A DNA stretch of 63,770 nucleotides, counting the filler, from Collodictyon triciliatum (lineage: Eukaryota): the NCBI GenBank assembly GCA_043381765.1. It is 4 parts of 4 records of this genome, joined end to end, with 100 filler letters (N's around TTAATTAATTAA, not from the genome) between each part and the next. Parts side by side here need not be neighbours in the genome. Positions count along the whole stretch, not along the records: positions 1 to 18,821 come from JBHJMP010001343.1; positions 18,922 to 37,676 come from JBHJMP010001344.1; 2 more parts are not named here. One strand, 5' to 3'. Position numbers and translations under genes: made by a program. Shown here one piece after another: positions 1 through 22,000 of the stretch (the stretch's first letter is position 1; each line of letters opens with the position of its first letter). A model generated the notes under the pieces. It ran no database searches and was not told where the DNA came from. It worked only from the letters and a program-made list of their open reading frames with translations.

Positions 1-98
<98 letters not shown>

Positions 99-169
99 AC
101 CACCACCACCACCACCACAACGAAATAACAACAAGAGCAAGAACCGAAACAGGAAGCAAGCCCCGAGCC

Positions 170-613
170 ATGGCCCTTCGCCGCCTCAACAAAGAACTGA
201 CGGACCTGCAGCGCGAGAAGCCCGAGCACGGAGAGGCGGGGCCGAGCGGCGAGGACATGTTCAACTGGGCGGGGCACATCAACGGGCCGCACGACTCGCC
301 GTACGACGGACAGCGGCTGCCCATCACCCTCAAGTTCCCGTCCGAGTACCCGTTCAAGGGGCCCGAGGTCAAGTTCACATGCGCCATGTTCCACCCCAAC
401 ATCAACGCCGACGGCGTCCCCTGCGGCGTCAGCTTCGTGGTGGACTGGCGCCCCGCCGTCACGATCACGCGCGTGCTGCAGGAGCTCTACTCCCTCCTTG
501 CCGACCCCAACCTGGCCCAGCCCGTCAACCCGGACGCCGCCAGCCTCCTCACCTCAAACCCGGCCCAGTACGCCCAGCGCGTCCGCGAGCTCGCTCGCAA
601 GGGCAGCATCTGA
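170..613 (+). CDS. Ubiquitin-conjugating enzyme E2 (UBC4/5/UbcD-like, divergent), intronless and GC-rich
   Basis: 147-aa ORF with E2 motifs: MALRRLNKEL, DMFNW..I.GP.DSPY.G, FPSEYPFKGP.V.F, FHPNINADG..C (active-site Cys), W.PA.TI, L.SLL.DPN...PVN..AA. Confidence 0.93.
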   Translation: MALRRLNKELTDLQREKPEHGEAGPSGEDMFNWAGHINGPHDSPYDGQRLPITLKFPSEYPFKGPEVKFTCAMFHPNINADGVPCGVSFVVDWRPAVTITRVLQELYSLLADPNLAQPVNPDAASLLTSNPAQYAQRVRELARKGSI

Positions 614-787
614 GCGATAAACACACCCGCGCCCCTTGCGCCCTTGCTCAGCCTGCCGCTTCTGGACGCCCGTCTTGGTATCGATTGGCCGTGTGTTTGT
701 TTGTTCGCTTTGTTTGCGTTGCTTTGTCTGTATGGATGTATGTACGTAGAGGGGATGAAGCAGCGTGCCGTGGGTGGCCGACCGTGC

Positions 788-10220
<9,433 letters not shown>

Positions 10221-11090
10221 TACATACAGAGTAATGTCCCTTGTGTGAATAGTTTGCGTATGGGGCTATCATGTTTTTCCTTCTCTTTTTAAGGATCCTC
10301 CTGTGTTTGTATTCAACGCATTTGAAATGCCTCACTTTACATAAATCACACAAAACAAAACAAAACAAAACAAAACAAAACAAAACAANNNNNNNNNNNN
10401 NNNNNNNNNNNNNNNNNNNNNNNNNNNNNNNNNNNNNNNNNNNNNNNNNNNNNNNNNNNNNNNNNNNNNNNNNNNNNNNNNNNNNNNNNNNNNNNNNNNN
10501 NNNNNNNNNNNNNNNNNNNNNNNNNNNNNNNNNNNNNNNNNNNNNNNNNNNNNNNNNNNNNNNNNNNNNNNNNNNNNNNNNNNNNNNNNNNNNNNNNNNN
10601 NNNNNNNNNNNNNNNNNNNNNNNNNNNNNNNNNNNNNNNNNNNNNNNNNNNNNNNNNNNNNNNNNNNNNNNNNNNNNNNNNNNNNNNNNNNNNNNNNNNN
10701 NNNNNNNNNNNNNNNNNNNNNNNNNNNNNNNNNNNNNNNNNNNNNNNNNNNNNNNNNNNNNNNNNNNNNNNNNNNNNNNNNNNNNNNNNNNNNNNNNNNN
10801 NNNNNNNNNNNNNNNNNNNNNNNNNNNNNNNNNNNNNNNNNNNNNNNNNNNNNNNNNNNNNNNNNNNNNNNNNNNNNNNNNNNNNNNNNNNNNNNNNNNN
10901 NNNNNNNNNNNNNNNNNNNNNNNNNNNNNNNNNNNNNNNNNNNNNNNNNNNNNNNNNNNNNNNNNNNNNNNNNNNNNNNNNNNNNNNNNNNNNNNNNNNN
11001 NNNNNNNNNNNNNNNNNNNNNNNNNNNNNNNNNNNNNNNNNNNNNNNNNNNNNNNNNNNNNNNNNNNNNNNNNNNNNNNNNNNNNNNNNN

Positions 11091-12716
11091 NATTTTTGCT
11101 CACGGATTCGGGGCAGATAATCACGACCTTGTTGATATAGCTGACATAGCTTTTCATGATGTTCGGGTATCCGCTCAAGTATAGACTCATATAGCAATCA
11201 TTACTATTCATTATTATTCCCTCCAACAAAATGTAACCGAACCGTGCTGTTGTCATTATCTAATATTCTTTTTTCCTTTTTCTTTCTTTCCTGTTCGGCA
11301 TGCAGCCAGTGAGATTTATATTCCCAAATGCTCCAATACCAATATATGGTGAAAGGTCCAGGGCTTGGTGGATGATTGAGCCTGATCGATTTTCAAAGTA
11401 CATTGTAGAGGTTACAATTACCTTTATTTTCACTGGATAATGTCGTCGTTGGTTTTTTTTTCTCCTTTATTCGATTCAAAAAATGTCGACTGTGGTTATA
11501 TTTTATTTATATTTTTGTGATTTTACATTATTTAATTGTTACTATGGCATATCATTCTAAAGACCAAGAAACAATTATTAAAAGTTGCTTGAAGTATGCA
11601 CAAAAATTGAAAGGAATAATAAAAAAAAAGTTGCTTGAAGCAAAAATATCATGGATTTTCTAGATCTCGTCTTATCTGTTTCGAATCCTAGACGAACAAT
11701 TCAATTCATTCTCCCATTATTTTTCATTTAGTTTACAAGCAATTCTCATTAATATCGATATTTCATCAGTATCTTTCGATTCATTGATTTGGAGTTGTCG
11801 TCATACCAACTTTCACAGTTCACTCGTTACAGGGTAAACTAAGAGATATTTGCAAGGAAGTGCCGTCTGGATTAGAATACACAGCGAGACAGTATATGTC
11901 CATGATTAATAAAATTTCGAGCGACACACACCTCCCAATGAATACGTTTATTTTAGCAGGATTTTCTCAGGTTTTTATGCGATTATTTTGATCTAGTGTC
12001 ATATAATAGTGTGATTTGTTTTCTGTTATACAGCTTTATGTGTATGTGTGTATGTGTGCGTGTATGTATCTGTATGTGTCTGTATTTTTGAGTTTCCAGA
12101 ATATGTATTTTCATAATCATTGCAAGTTTTGGTAGTTCTATTTTCATGAAAGATAAACCTCTTTCAATATCCTCTTATTGAATGAAAGGGTTCGATGTTA
12201 TCATGTGACGTGGCACTCAGGCTGTCAACTAATGTTGGAGGAGTCGCTCTCTTCTCTACCTTAATGATTTGTGAAGATGAATGGAAAAAAAAAGCTCCTG
12301 CTCACACCGGGCTGCAGATTATCCAAAGTCACGGTCGCCAAGATCAGATACTTCCATATCCAACTGCCCCTTGGTAACTTATTTTTTTCTCCTAGTACCA
12401 ATCATTCGATTTTTTTTAACATAATCACTCAGTATCTATGAATTGTAATATTTATTTAACTTAATAATTGATATACCTTGATATAAGATTCCGATTTTTT
12501 CCTTATCAAGTGTATTAACATTATTAACTCATATCGTGATGGCATCTGACAACCAGTGAGTTTTAATATACTTTTTCTCTTTTTAGGCTTGGTGAAACAT
12601 TACGACCTCACGGCATTAACATCAATTTCATCCCATTCAACGGAGGCCATTCCATCCCCGATGTTGCCTTAGACCCTTTTTTCTCTATGATTCACAAGGT
12701 GGCGAGCAGTGGTTAG
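11091..12716 (+). CDS. Phospholipase/carboxylesterase (alpha/beta hydrolase, APT1/YpfH-like); 5' end lies in the N gap
   Basis: Exons read FAHGFGADNHDLVDIA..|PVRFIFPNAPI..RAWW..|..NTFILAGFSQ|GSML (nucleophile GxSxG)..QSHGRQDQILP (Asp)..|..FNGGHSIP (His)..*, with stop TAG at 12714-12716. Confidence 0.88.
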
Positions 12717-13128
12717 TGTCCCCTCTCTTCATATTAACCACAATCCCCTCATTTTGTGGTTCTCTCACAAATGATACATCTCGGTTCTTTCATGTTTTTT
12801 TTTTTAATACCCCTTTCGCACACCAGGAGATAACACCAGCCATTATGAAAGTGAACCTGTCCTAGATAATATACTATTGCCTTCATGATGTGTAAACTAA
12901 AACCAGCATATGTGCAGCTAATTAGGGTGCAGTTCTGCGATACATTGAAATCAACATCCACAATACCATAAACTAATAACAAACTCATAAACCGACTAAG
13001 CTCATTCAAGAAATTATAATTCTTGGTAAACGTTCATCATGGCGAATAATTGTGCTTGCTTTATGGTCGTTGAATCATATTCGATAAATGCATCCACCTG
13101 TGCTTCGAAGTAGCAGAGATCATAGAGA

Positions 13129-16100
13129 TCAATCGTTGCAAAGGTAGCAAACACAACAAATGATATCAAAAATGGATTCTACATTTCCCTCGAAAGAATC
13201 CATGATGCAATTTCCCGTATTATTGAAGACCATATCGATGCAATTGGGAATGCATTCAAAAGTAGAGCAGATACAATCTCCGATCTCGCATATCTCGGTG
13301 CAATCCGTGTTGTTGAAACAATTCTCGGTATTTCTATATCATGGTGCATATGTTAAAGACTTGCTTGTTGAAGTGCACCAGCTGCTGATTAGACATATAA
13401 CATAAAAGGTCCATGATTAGATGAGCTCGAATGAGTATTCCACATACATGAAATAAAAATTACAGTAGTAAGTCCGAAGAAACATCCACCACACCGTCTA
13501 ACAGAGGGAAGAAACAAGTGAATGGATATGTTGTCAACGATATGATACGATAGGATTGATTAAGGATATCAAAAGAAAATAAAAGCAAGGCGATGGCGGT
13601 AGGCTTGATGCAAAAACTTCTTAAATACCTATCTCAGAGATATCTGGAAGCAAATCCCCCATACTTAATACGATATCGCTGAGATTTGAAGACGTGAACA
13701 CAAATACTCTGGAATTTTAATGTCATAGCAAATATGCAACTGTATGCTAAGTCTATATACATATTACGATGATATTAAATACTAATTACTCGACGTCAGT
13801 TGAAGACATAATGTCCATCACATTTAAATTTTGTAAGGTGGCTGGTACATCTCCAAAATCGGTGGTTGAGGTACCAACAATAATTATACCGCCAACAGCT
13901 ATATGACTTATGACCTCTGTGGTCTGACCCTATATCGTGAAGGGACTGCTTTTAAGATATCTATGGTGGTTGTGGCTGCAATCTTTTTTTCTAGATGATA
14001 AAAGAAACGAGTAATGACTATATTTTGAACATTTTTTTTGAAAACCTACACTTAAATTGGCTCCCTTTCTGTCCACTTTTGCTTTTTTTGCTTTTTTTGT
14101 AAGTGTAGTTTCATACGACACCATAAGAGTATATGCACTTGGCATTGATTCGTAAACTGAAAGATTGATAATTTCTTCCCTCAATTTCTCATCCTCTTGG
14201 AGCCAGTACTAATGGATGGGTAAAAATTAATTGCCCATTATTTGGTAGCAAATATACTTGGCAAAAAGAGAGATAAATCAACTGAAATAAAACGAATATT
14301 ATTGGCGAAAATATATATTATGGAATCAACCCTGGCTGCCATCATGTCGAGTTGCTGTTTCACAAACATTTTGTGGACTGGTACTTTATGGCCCGTGATT
14401 GGGAATGCAGTTTGGCTCCACCACGTCCCATTAGGAAGTAGACCTCGAATGAAGATTTCATCAATTGGAGATCCCTCATATCTCCCCGATATTGTCTTAA
14501 TTTAAGGTAATAATGTGGTAAAATGATGTATGTATTAAGTATATAAGCAGGTTAACTGGTTGTATAAAGTACATCAGCCATGTGAACCAGGAAGTACAGT
14601 GAAAGGAACACAATAAAGGTTGAATATAAAATATTTACCAGAGGCGCTCCTATAAATAGATCAGCTATTGGGTGGGGACAAATATCACAACGGTCAGACT
14701 TCACTCTTACTTCAATGTTTGTCAGAATAGGCAGCTGTGTATCCATTCCAATCGTAAGTAAGGATTTTTTTTGGGTATTTTGATTCAGTTGAAATATGCC
14801 GATTGTTTATTGAAAACTACACGAAGACAATATGTGTATGTCTTACATTAGCCATCTCAAACATATTTGATATTTGAGTACATATTAGCTCAGGATTAAG
14901 AGCGACCTCAGAAAACCCTCGGCCAAGAGCTGCCAGCATCTGTATCCAATTATTTAGTAACTTATGGGTATTATATGCTCATGATTATGATAATTGTTAT
15001 GGTTATAATAATCATAATACCACTCTTCAAAAATGGATAATCAGTGGCAAGGGATAAATAAATGTATCCTTTATTCGATTCAAAGTGAGGATAAATAAAT
15101 GTATAATATTTTCAACAAGTATTTATGGATGTGTTTATACATGTGGCTATTTATTAGTATCTGAAAGCAGAGTATAATTTGTACCAAAGCGAGTAAATTC
15201 ACCTTAAGAAAATACACGTTGCAATAAGGACCAATTCCAAAGGTACATATTCTGGCAGGCGATTTACAGTCTTGAACATATCGACATATTGATTGTTCAT
15301 CCTGGACGGCTCCATCTGTAATTAGGAAGATATATGGAATAAACCGCGTGTGTTGCTCCGTTACTTTTATGGCCATCTGCAAAGGTGCTCTAATATTCGT
15401 GCCACCAAGAGCTTTTAGACCTTCTACCCACTTTTTAGCTGTGTAGATATTCTTATGCGACGCCTTTTGACATGAAAGCACGATTAGAAAATTAGTACGT
15501 TAATCCTAGATAAGAAAAAAATGGATTCATTTTGATTATTATAAATATTCAATTCCACCAAAAAAAATTAAGGGGGTATATCTCATGATTAACATCTGTG
15601 TAGAACGTTTAAAATTCTGCACCTCCATTAATTCGTCACAAAAGGATGTAATTGCATCGTCAAATCCTAATATGTTAAAAAAATCCTATGAAAGTATAGT
15701 TGATTACTTCAGAAGCATGGTGGACTATATATATGCCTGTTTTAAAAACAACATGAAGTGGCTAGAGAAAGTAATGTCATTTAATATATATGTATAGGAA
15801 CCCTGCATGCATTTAACAATATAGCTGAAGTTCCTTTAAAATTTAAATAAAATGAAAACATTTTCACGAAGTCTTTCTAATCCATAAATAACAGATTTTT
15901 TGGCATGTTCCATGGGTTCTCCACCCATGCTTCCACTTCGGTCTAATAGGAATATGACGCTACGTCCAAAATAACCAAGTTCGCCTAAACTTTGGGGAGG
16001 TGATAGAAAAAGAAGGAAAGGTGTCCTGTAGAACGTGAAAGTAAAAAAAAAAAAAAAAATTTATTCAAACAGTTTTTATACGTTCATAGACAATATCATT

Positions 16101-17836
16101 TATGTTAGAATAGAAATAGATTGTTCGTGATTATATTGACATTTAAAACCAGAGATTAAACCTAAAAAAAATTTTAAAATCATTTTTAAGGATTCAGTAT
16201 GATAGATATGGAAATACCTTGAGTCATAATGTCCAGCGTTGGGAGTCTCTGTTAAAAAGGCCGCAGTGATTGCAGGCGAACAGGCAGTATACGAAACAAT
16301 CATATCATGGTTACTGTAATTTATTTTTTCGTTGCTATTAATAACCATTCTGTAATCTGACCGCTCAGAACACAACGTAGGATGTGAAGGGACCTCCACC
16401 TTTTTCAGGATTTCAAAAAAAAAAGCTTAAAATTAGTATGTATGTATGTATGTATGTATGTATGTATGTATGTATGTATGTATGTATGTATGTATGTATG
16501 TATGTATGTATGTATGTATGTATGTATGTATGTATGTATGTATGTATAAATCGTGAAAGTAAAGTTCTCGCATACATGAGAGTTTGATAGGCAAGTATTC
16601 AAAATGATCTGGAAGGAGAGGACTTGGCTCACGAACATTCCAGATGGGAAGGAATCTGTGTTGATTGTGAGCGGTATTCTCATAAAATACCTTGTTTGAA
16701 AAAATATGTGTGAATCGAAAGAATGAAAGAGTATGTTCACTTTTTTCTCTATTTGATTCAAAGTAAAGAAAATGAAATCACATATATTAAATGTTCCGAT
16801 TATTGCATTCTAACTTTGGAAAGAAATATTACTTTCCTGAAAAGTACTGGAGTGGTTCAACGTAACTAGCATCAACAACTATAGTGTCATTCTCTAGAAT
16901 GTTTAGGAAGGGCAAATGAAATACATCGGGTACGTATGTTTTGTATTTATCTCTATTTTGCCCAGGTTGCTAGAAATATATATAATCGATCAATAATCTG
17001 CATGAGTATCCCTCCTTCGCTGAAGAATAAGTTAAAATTAAAATTTTATTAATATCATTAGTAAATCTTTATCAGGATTTTGATTATTTAAAAATATGAT
17101 CTTGAATAAAAAAAGAAAATAGAAACCGCCATTTTCATTTAATAACCTTGCTCTTTTCTACCAAGCATGCGGCATCTTCCTTTGAAATCACTTGAGTGTC
17201 CACAACACGATGCCCAGTTGTTGCGCAAGCGCGAATTACGGTCCCTTTTGGACTCATCGGGAGGTTAAAGACACAATCTCCTTTCTAATTTTTTTTTTAA
17301 AAAAAAAGTGATATATGGCATATTTCTTCAGAGAAAAAGTGCTAGGAAAACAATTTTTATCAGCATAATATATACAAGTAGAAATGATGGAGGAAAAACT
17401 ATATTCCAAGAAAATTATTTTTTTCCAACCAGACCAAAACGTGTTCAATAATGGTATGCATAATAAATGTATATTCATAACTACATACAATCCCCGTTAG
17501 ATTCAAGTACACCGCTGTAATGTGAACAAACGCAACACTAATTTGGATTTCTACTTGGTAATGGATACGCTGCAGCGTAAGCTCCTAATTGACATTAGTC
17601 TTGGTTAACTCCACGCTTTTTATATGAATGCTCAATCGATCTAAAGATTGATCCTTTTTTTTTAAAAAAAAAAAAGAAAAGAAAATAAAAGAAAAGAGAG
17701 ACAGGGATAAACAAATTATATATGCAGAAATGATGGGCTTGATAGTAACATTGTTCCCTAGGCGGATGGAAGGGTATGGATAACGACAGGCGGGCTTCGT
17801 TTCGTTTCCGATAGGAACGAATCCTCGTGACTGCAT
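13129..17836 (-). CDS. VIT/von Willebrand factor A domain protein (inter-alpha-trypsin inhibitor heavy-chain-like) with Cys-rich C-terminal tail; multi-exon
   Basis: MIDAS motif IFLLDRSGSM (about 15930-15960), ALGGTNI..PL, YIFLITDGAV, RICTFGIGPYCNVYFLK|MLAALGRG, PIADLFIGAPL, DFGDVPATLQN. The final exon ends DIICCVCYLCND* at 13129. Start at 17836 is tentative. Confidence 0.85.
16436..16546. repeat. (TATG)n intronic microsatellite
   Basis: Directly visible; similar tracts at 50219-50323 and 61610-61726. Confidence 0.97.
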
Positions 17837-17869
17837 CTAACTTAAAGAAATCATATTACAGGTAGAATA

Positions 17870-18821
17870 TCCCTGACCAAGTGCCGGAGTGATGAATGGT
17901 CAAAGAGCATCGTTTCTTAGAGGCAGAATACGATTCGAAAGAGGCTACAAGAGCGAGCCGGACCACACTCTATGCAACGATATCCAGCTCTGGGTCGCAC
18001 ACTCATCTTTGCTGCAGGAGAAGCGTTTGGACAAGAGTCCAAATAGATAGAAGCACAACTCGGCTTCTTGATTTAGAATAGTCACCCCCACCGTTGGAAA
18101 CATACAGAGCAACGCACCGTTTCGTCCCTGGCAAGAACGACCATTGGCCAATAACCCACACAACGACTCATACAAACAGTTCAAAAGTTGTTTAAACCGA
18201 TCAAGTGGTCAACACTGCTTCATCCAAGACATTAATACACTCCCTGCTATCCAAACCTAACCGCTCCTGGAGAGAGAACCCCTTCTCAAGAGCTCGACTA
18301 CCAGGTTTTCAACCAAGAACAATATGTCGGAAAGTATCGTGTCCTTAGCCAGCAATTGCCAGGGATTCGTCTTGCCATCTCGGTTGCAGGGAATAGATTT
18401 CAATTAAGGGTGTTGTTCCCACAAAAGATACTAATTAGGTCAGGTTGGCCAAAGCTATCTTTGTAAATCCTCATTCTCCTGATACACGCGGACGAGCCCA
18501 ACCAAAGAGGAGCGCAAGATGGTCAAAGGGTACCCCTCTAGAGCAAGTATTCGTCCGAAAGGATATAAGAGCCCAGCCCCAACCCCGATTACAACTAAAG
18601 ACACGCCTCCTAACCCCGGGGTATCTACAGGCAAACGAAAACAGGCTAACAAACAAAAGCCAACTCAGGTGGAAACCAGACAATCAGTAGCTAGCGAAGA
18701 AACTGCGATGCCCAGACATGGACATGCAATCCCCAACACAAAAGCTTCTCCTGCCAAAACCGCCATGGAAAGTAGTAGCGAGAACTCTAACAAACAAGTC
18801 AGGAAGAAAACAAACTATGGC
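17870..18821 (+). pseudogene. Degenerate intronless coding-like segment (possible TE ORF relic), truncated by scaffold end
   Basis: GC content above the flanks, no microsatellites or introns, protein-like frames broken by scattered stops and frameshifts. No family motif recognised. Confidence 0.3.
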
Positions 18822-18865
18822 NNNNNNNNNNNNNNNNNNNNNNNNNNNNNNNNNNNNNNNNNNNN

Positions 18866-18877
18866 TTAATTAATTAA
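18866..18877. other. Artificial scaffold-joining linker TTAATTAATTAA inside N padding
   Basis: Six-frame stop linker flanked by about 44 N on each side. Confidence 0.97.
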
Positions 18878-18928
18878 NNNNNNNNNNNNNNNNNNNNNNN
18901 NNNNNNNNNNNNNNNNNNNNNTTTTTTT

Positions 18929-18973
<45 letters not shown>

Positions 18974-19004
18974 ATCGTTACTAATTAAAAACTAAAATTT
19001 TTAG

Positions 19005-22000
19005 GCAACTGATTTTCTGAATGGAGACGGGGTCAATCGACTTATCTTCTTTCACCAGATATTAGAGGAGCGCGACGAAACTGGCGAAGTAAAGGAGCTA
19101 AGAGGGGTTCCAATCCTTTCACTGGCCAATCCCGATAGCGACCATTTCATCGGGACTGCAGTCTACTTCGCCCGCATGGGTACTAATCCGTTTGTTGATG
19201 TAGCATCCCTTGAATCTGATGTTAACTTTGGGGAAATCGATGCATCTCTCATCGAAAGCATGGAAACTCTGCTTTCTCAAGTTTATCATCCATTAATTGC
19301 GGCTCAGCAAGATTGGGGAATGAATTCTGAAGAAGGTGCGAAGGAATTTGTAACTGGGATGCGCAAGTTTGTTGACGGCTTGACTGAAACTGTGAAATCT
19401 CTCAACAGTGGAATTGAATTAACCAAGCCCGACAAGAAATATGAGGTAGAGAACAAACAGCCAGCATTTAATCGAGCTGCCACTGACCCGGAGGTACTCA
19501 CTCACTACGAGTATGTCCTTGAAGAATGGTGTAAACAGATGGAAAAATTGGTTACTGAGAGTGATACAGGACGAAAGGAAAGTGAAGACGCGGGGCCAAA
19601 CACGGAACTGGACTACTGGAAAACGCGTTTATCCAAATTCAACAGTATAACAGAGCAGTTGAAGACTAGAGAATGCAAGTCAGTCTTGGGTGTTTGCACA
19701 GCAGCCAAAAGCAAGATTTTAAGGCGATGGAAAACATTGGACAATCAGATAACAGACTCCACCAACGAGGCCAAGGTTTGCCAATTATAGAATCACCTCT
19801 ACACCCACCTCTCTAACTTCTCACTGCTGAATACAAATATCCCCCCCCCCCCCCCCCCCCCCCTCGCTGTTTCATTCAAAGGCTTCTAAATACAAATGTA
19901 ATATCCTTGTATCAATACTTGTATACACTTACCCTAGTCCATACCATACTCACCATCCATTTACCTTTTTCCATATGCGTCACATTCCTTATTTTTTATA
20001 GGAAAATGTCAAGTACCTCACTACGCTCGAAAAGTATATCGAACCATTATACACCGGCTCGCCTACTAGTATAGTGGACACACTCCCTGGCTTAATGAAT
20101 AGTATCAAAATGATGCACACGGTCTCTCGTTACTTCAATACGACCGATAGGATGGTGTCACTCTTTTCCAAAATTACCAACCAAATGATCAATTGTTGCA
20201 AGACTGCCATCAACCAAGGAGGGAAGATATGGGACCAGGACATCAACTTATTAATTCGAAACTTCGAAAGCTGTATTCGCCTTAATGAGGCATACCAGGA
20301 ACAATACAGAATCACAAAGGTAACCGAGAATCGAAGTAATATATGCGTATGAAACTAATTATTCTTTATGTTATCGATAAGTCAAATCTGACATACAAAA
20401 AAATCTTGGTATTTTTAACAAATCATTTTTTTTAGGACAAGCTCCTTACGCAACCCAAAGGGAAGCAGTTTGACTTTAATGAGCAGGAAATTTTTGGAAA
20501 ATTTGAGTCCTTCTGCAAAAGAATCCAAAAGCTGACAGACATATTTTTAACCATTCAGCAGTTCAGGTATTCTAATCTAATTCATTAAGGTGCTACTCAA
20601 AGTCGTTAAAAAAAAGAAAAAGAAGAGATAATCCCCGCTGCCAAACGTGCAATCATAGAGCTATTCTGTTTCTTTCATTCAGCAACTTACTATTTCTCCA
20701 TTTCTTCAAAAAAAAAAGCTCTCTAGAAGTCCACAAAATTGGAGGCATGGAAGCCATGATATCTAGGTTCAAAGTAGTTATTTCTGAACTCAAAAGAAAG
20801 CCATATGACCCGTTGGACTACAGCAAGTCCAATTTCGATAGGGACTATATCGAATTCAACAGAAATATCCAAGAGATAGAAAATTCTCTACAACTATTCA
20901 TTAATAAGAGCTTTGATACAATTACAAACACCGAACAGGTCACTTTTACTATCTATCGAATCTCTTGATGAAAAGTGCACTTTTGATGCAAAAAAGTAAC
21001 GCTTTGATTATACCCTTTATATCATAACAGGCACTCAATTTACTTCGACAATTTCAATCTATCCTGCAACGAGAGAATCTCAAATCCGACCTAGATGCAA
21101 AGTACATGCAAGTTTTCCACAACTATGGCATCGAGCTCGAAACAGTGCAAAAGATATATGAAAGGTTCTTAAACTGGATATAACCTCACACTTTCAACAA
21201 AACATATCCTATACCACAGTTTGTGCTATTATACCAAAATATACTATTCTTTCTTGCATCCTTAGCTCTATTCTGAGATAGTGAATTGTACCATCGCGGC
21301 ATCTTTTGCTTGTAGGAATAAACACAGTCCACCAACGATCAGGAATGCACCACCAGTGGCAGGTAATATAATGTGGGCCCGCCAATTGCTTCGACGAATT
21401 GAAGACCCAATGAAAAAATTTCAGGTGCTTGGTGAAATTAATCGCATGAATCAATCTGTAGATTACTATATGTTTCCTTTATACATATTACACAGTCGAA
21501 TACATAATTTATCTACACATGAGAAGTTACTATTAAGGTAAACTAAATTATTGAAAAAAAAAGGCCAACAAAAACATAATGGCTGCCAAAGACGCCAAGC
21601 GTATTGTCAAAACCTATAACAAGGTCGCTAGGGCTTTAATAGAGTTCGAAACATTGTGGCACCTTGCATGGTCGAAATCCATCGAAGCGGCTAAATCCGC
21701 ATTACAAGCAACACTCATCATTCGACACCCAGACAATGGAAAACTTTACGTCAACTTTGACAGAGAGATACTCCAGCTTATTCGTGAGACCAAGTAATAC
21801 CATTTGTAAAGACAGTAGGCATGTCACCGTACGTCTTGAATTGATATTTTTACACTTTTCTTTTCATTTTTCAATTTTTTTTTATTATTAAAATCCTAGG
21901 GCGCTTGTCAGACTAGGCATCGAAGTACCCGAAACAGCAAAAATTGTTCTCCTTCAAGAAGAAAAATTCAAATCATATTATGACCAACTGGATTATGCGC

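Noticed and set aside
1-96. Poly-A tract as a retroposon tail
   Set aside because: It lies 5' of the UBC gene on the sense strand at the window edge, and homopolymer tracts are common at scaffold ends here.
11167-11305. Possible U12-type intron (GTATCC donor)
   Set aside because: The donor is GTATCCGC rather than GTATCCTT, and there is no TCCTTAAC branch site near the acceptor.
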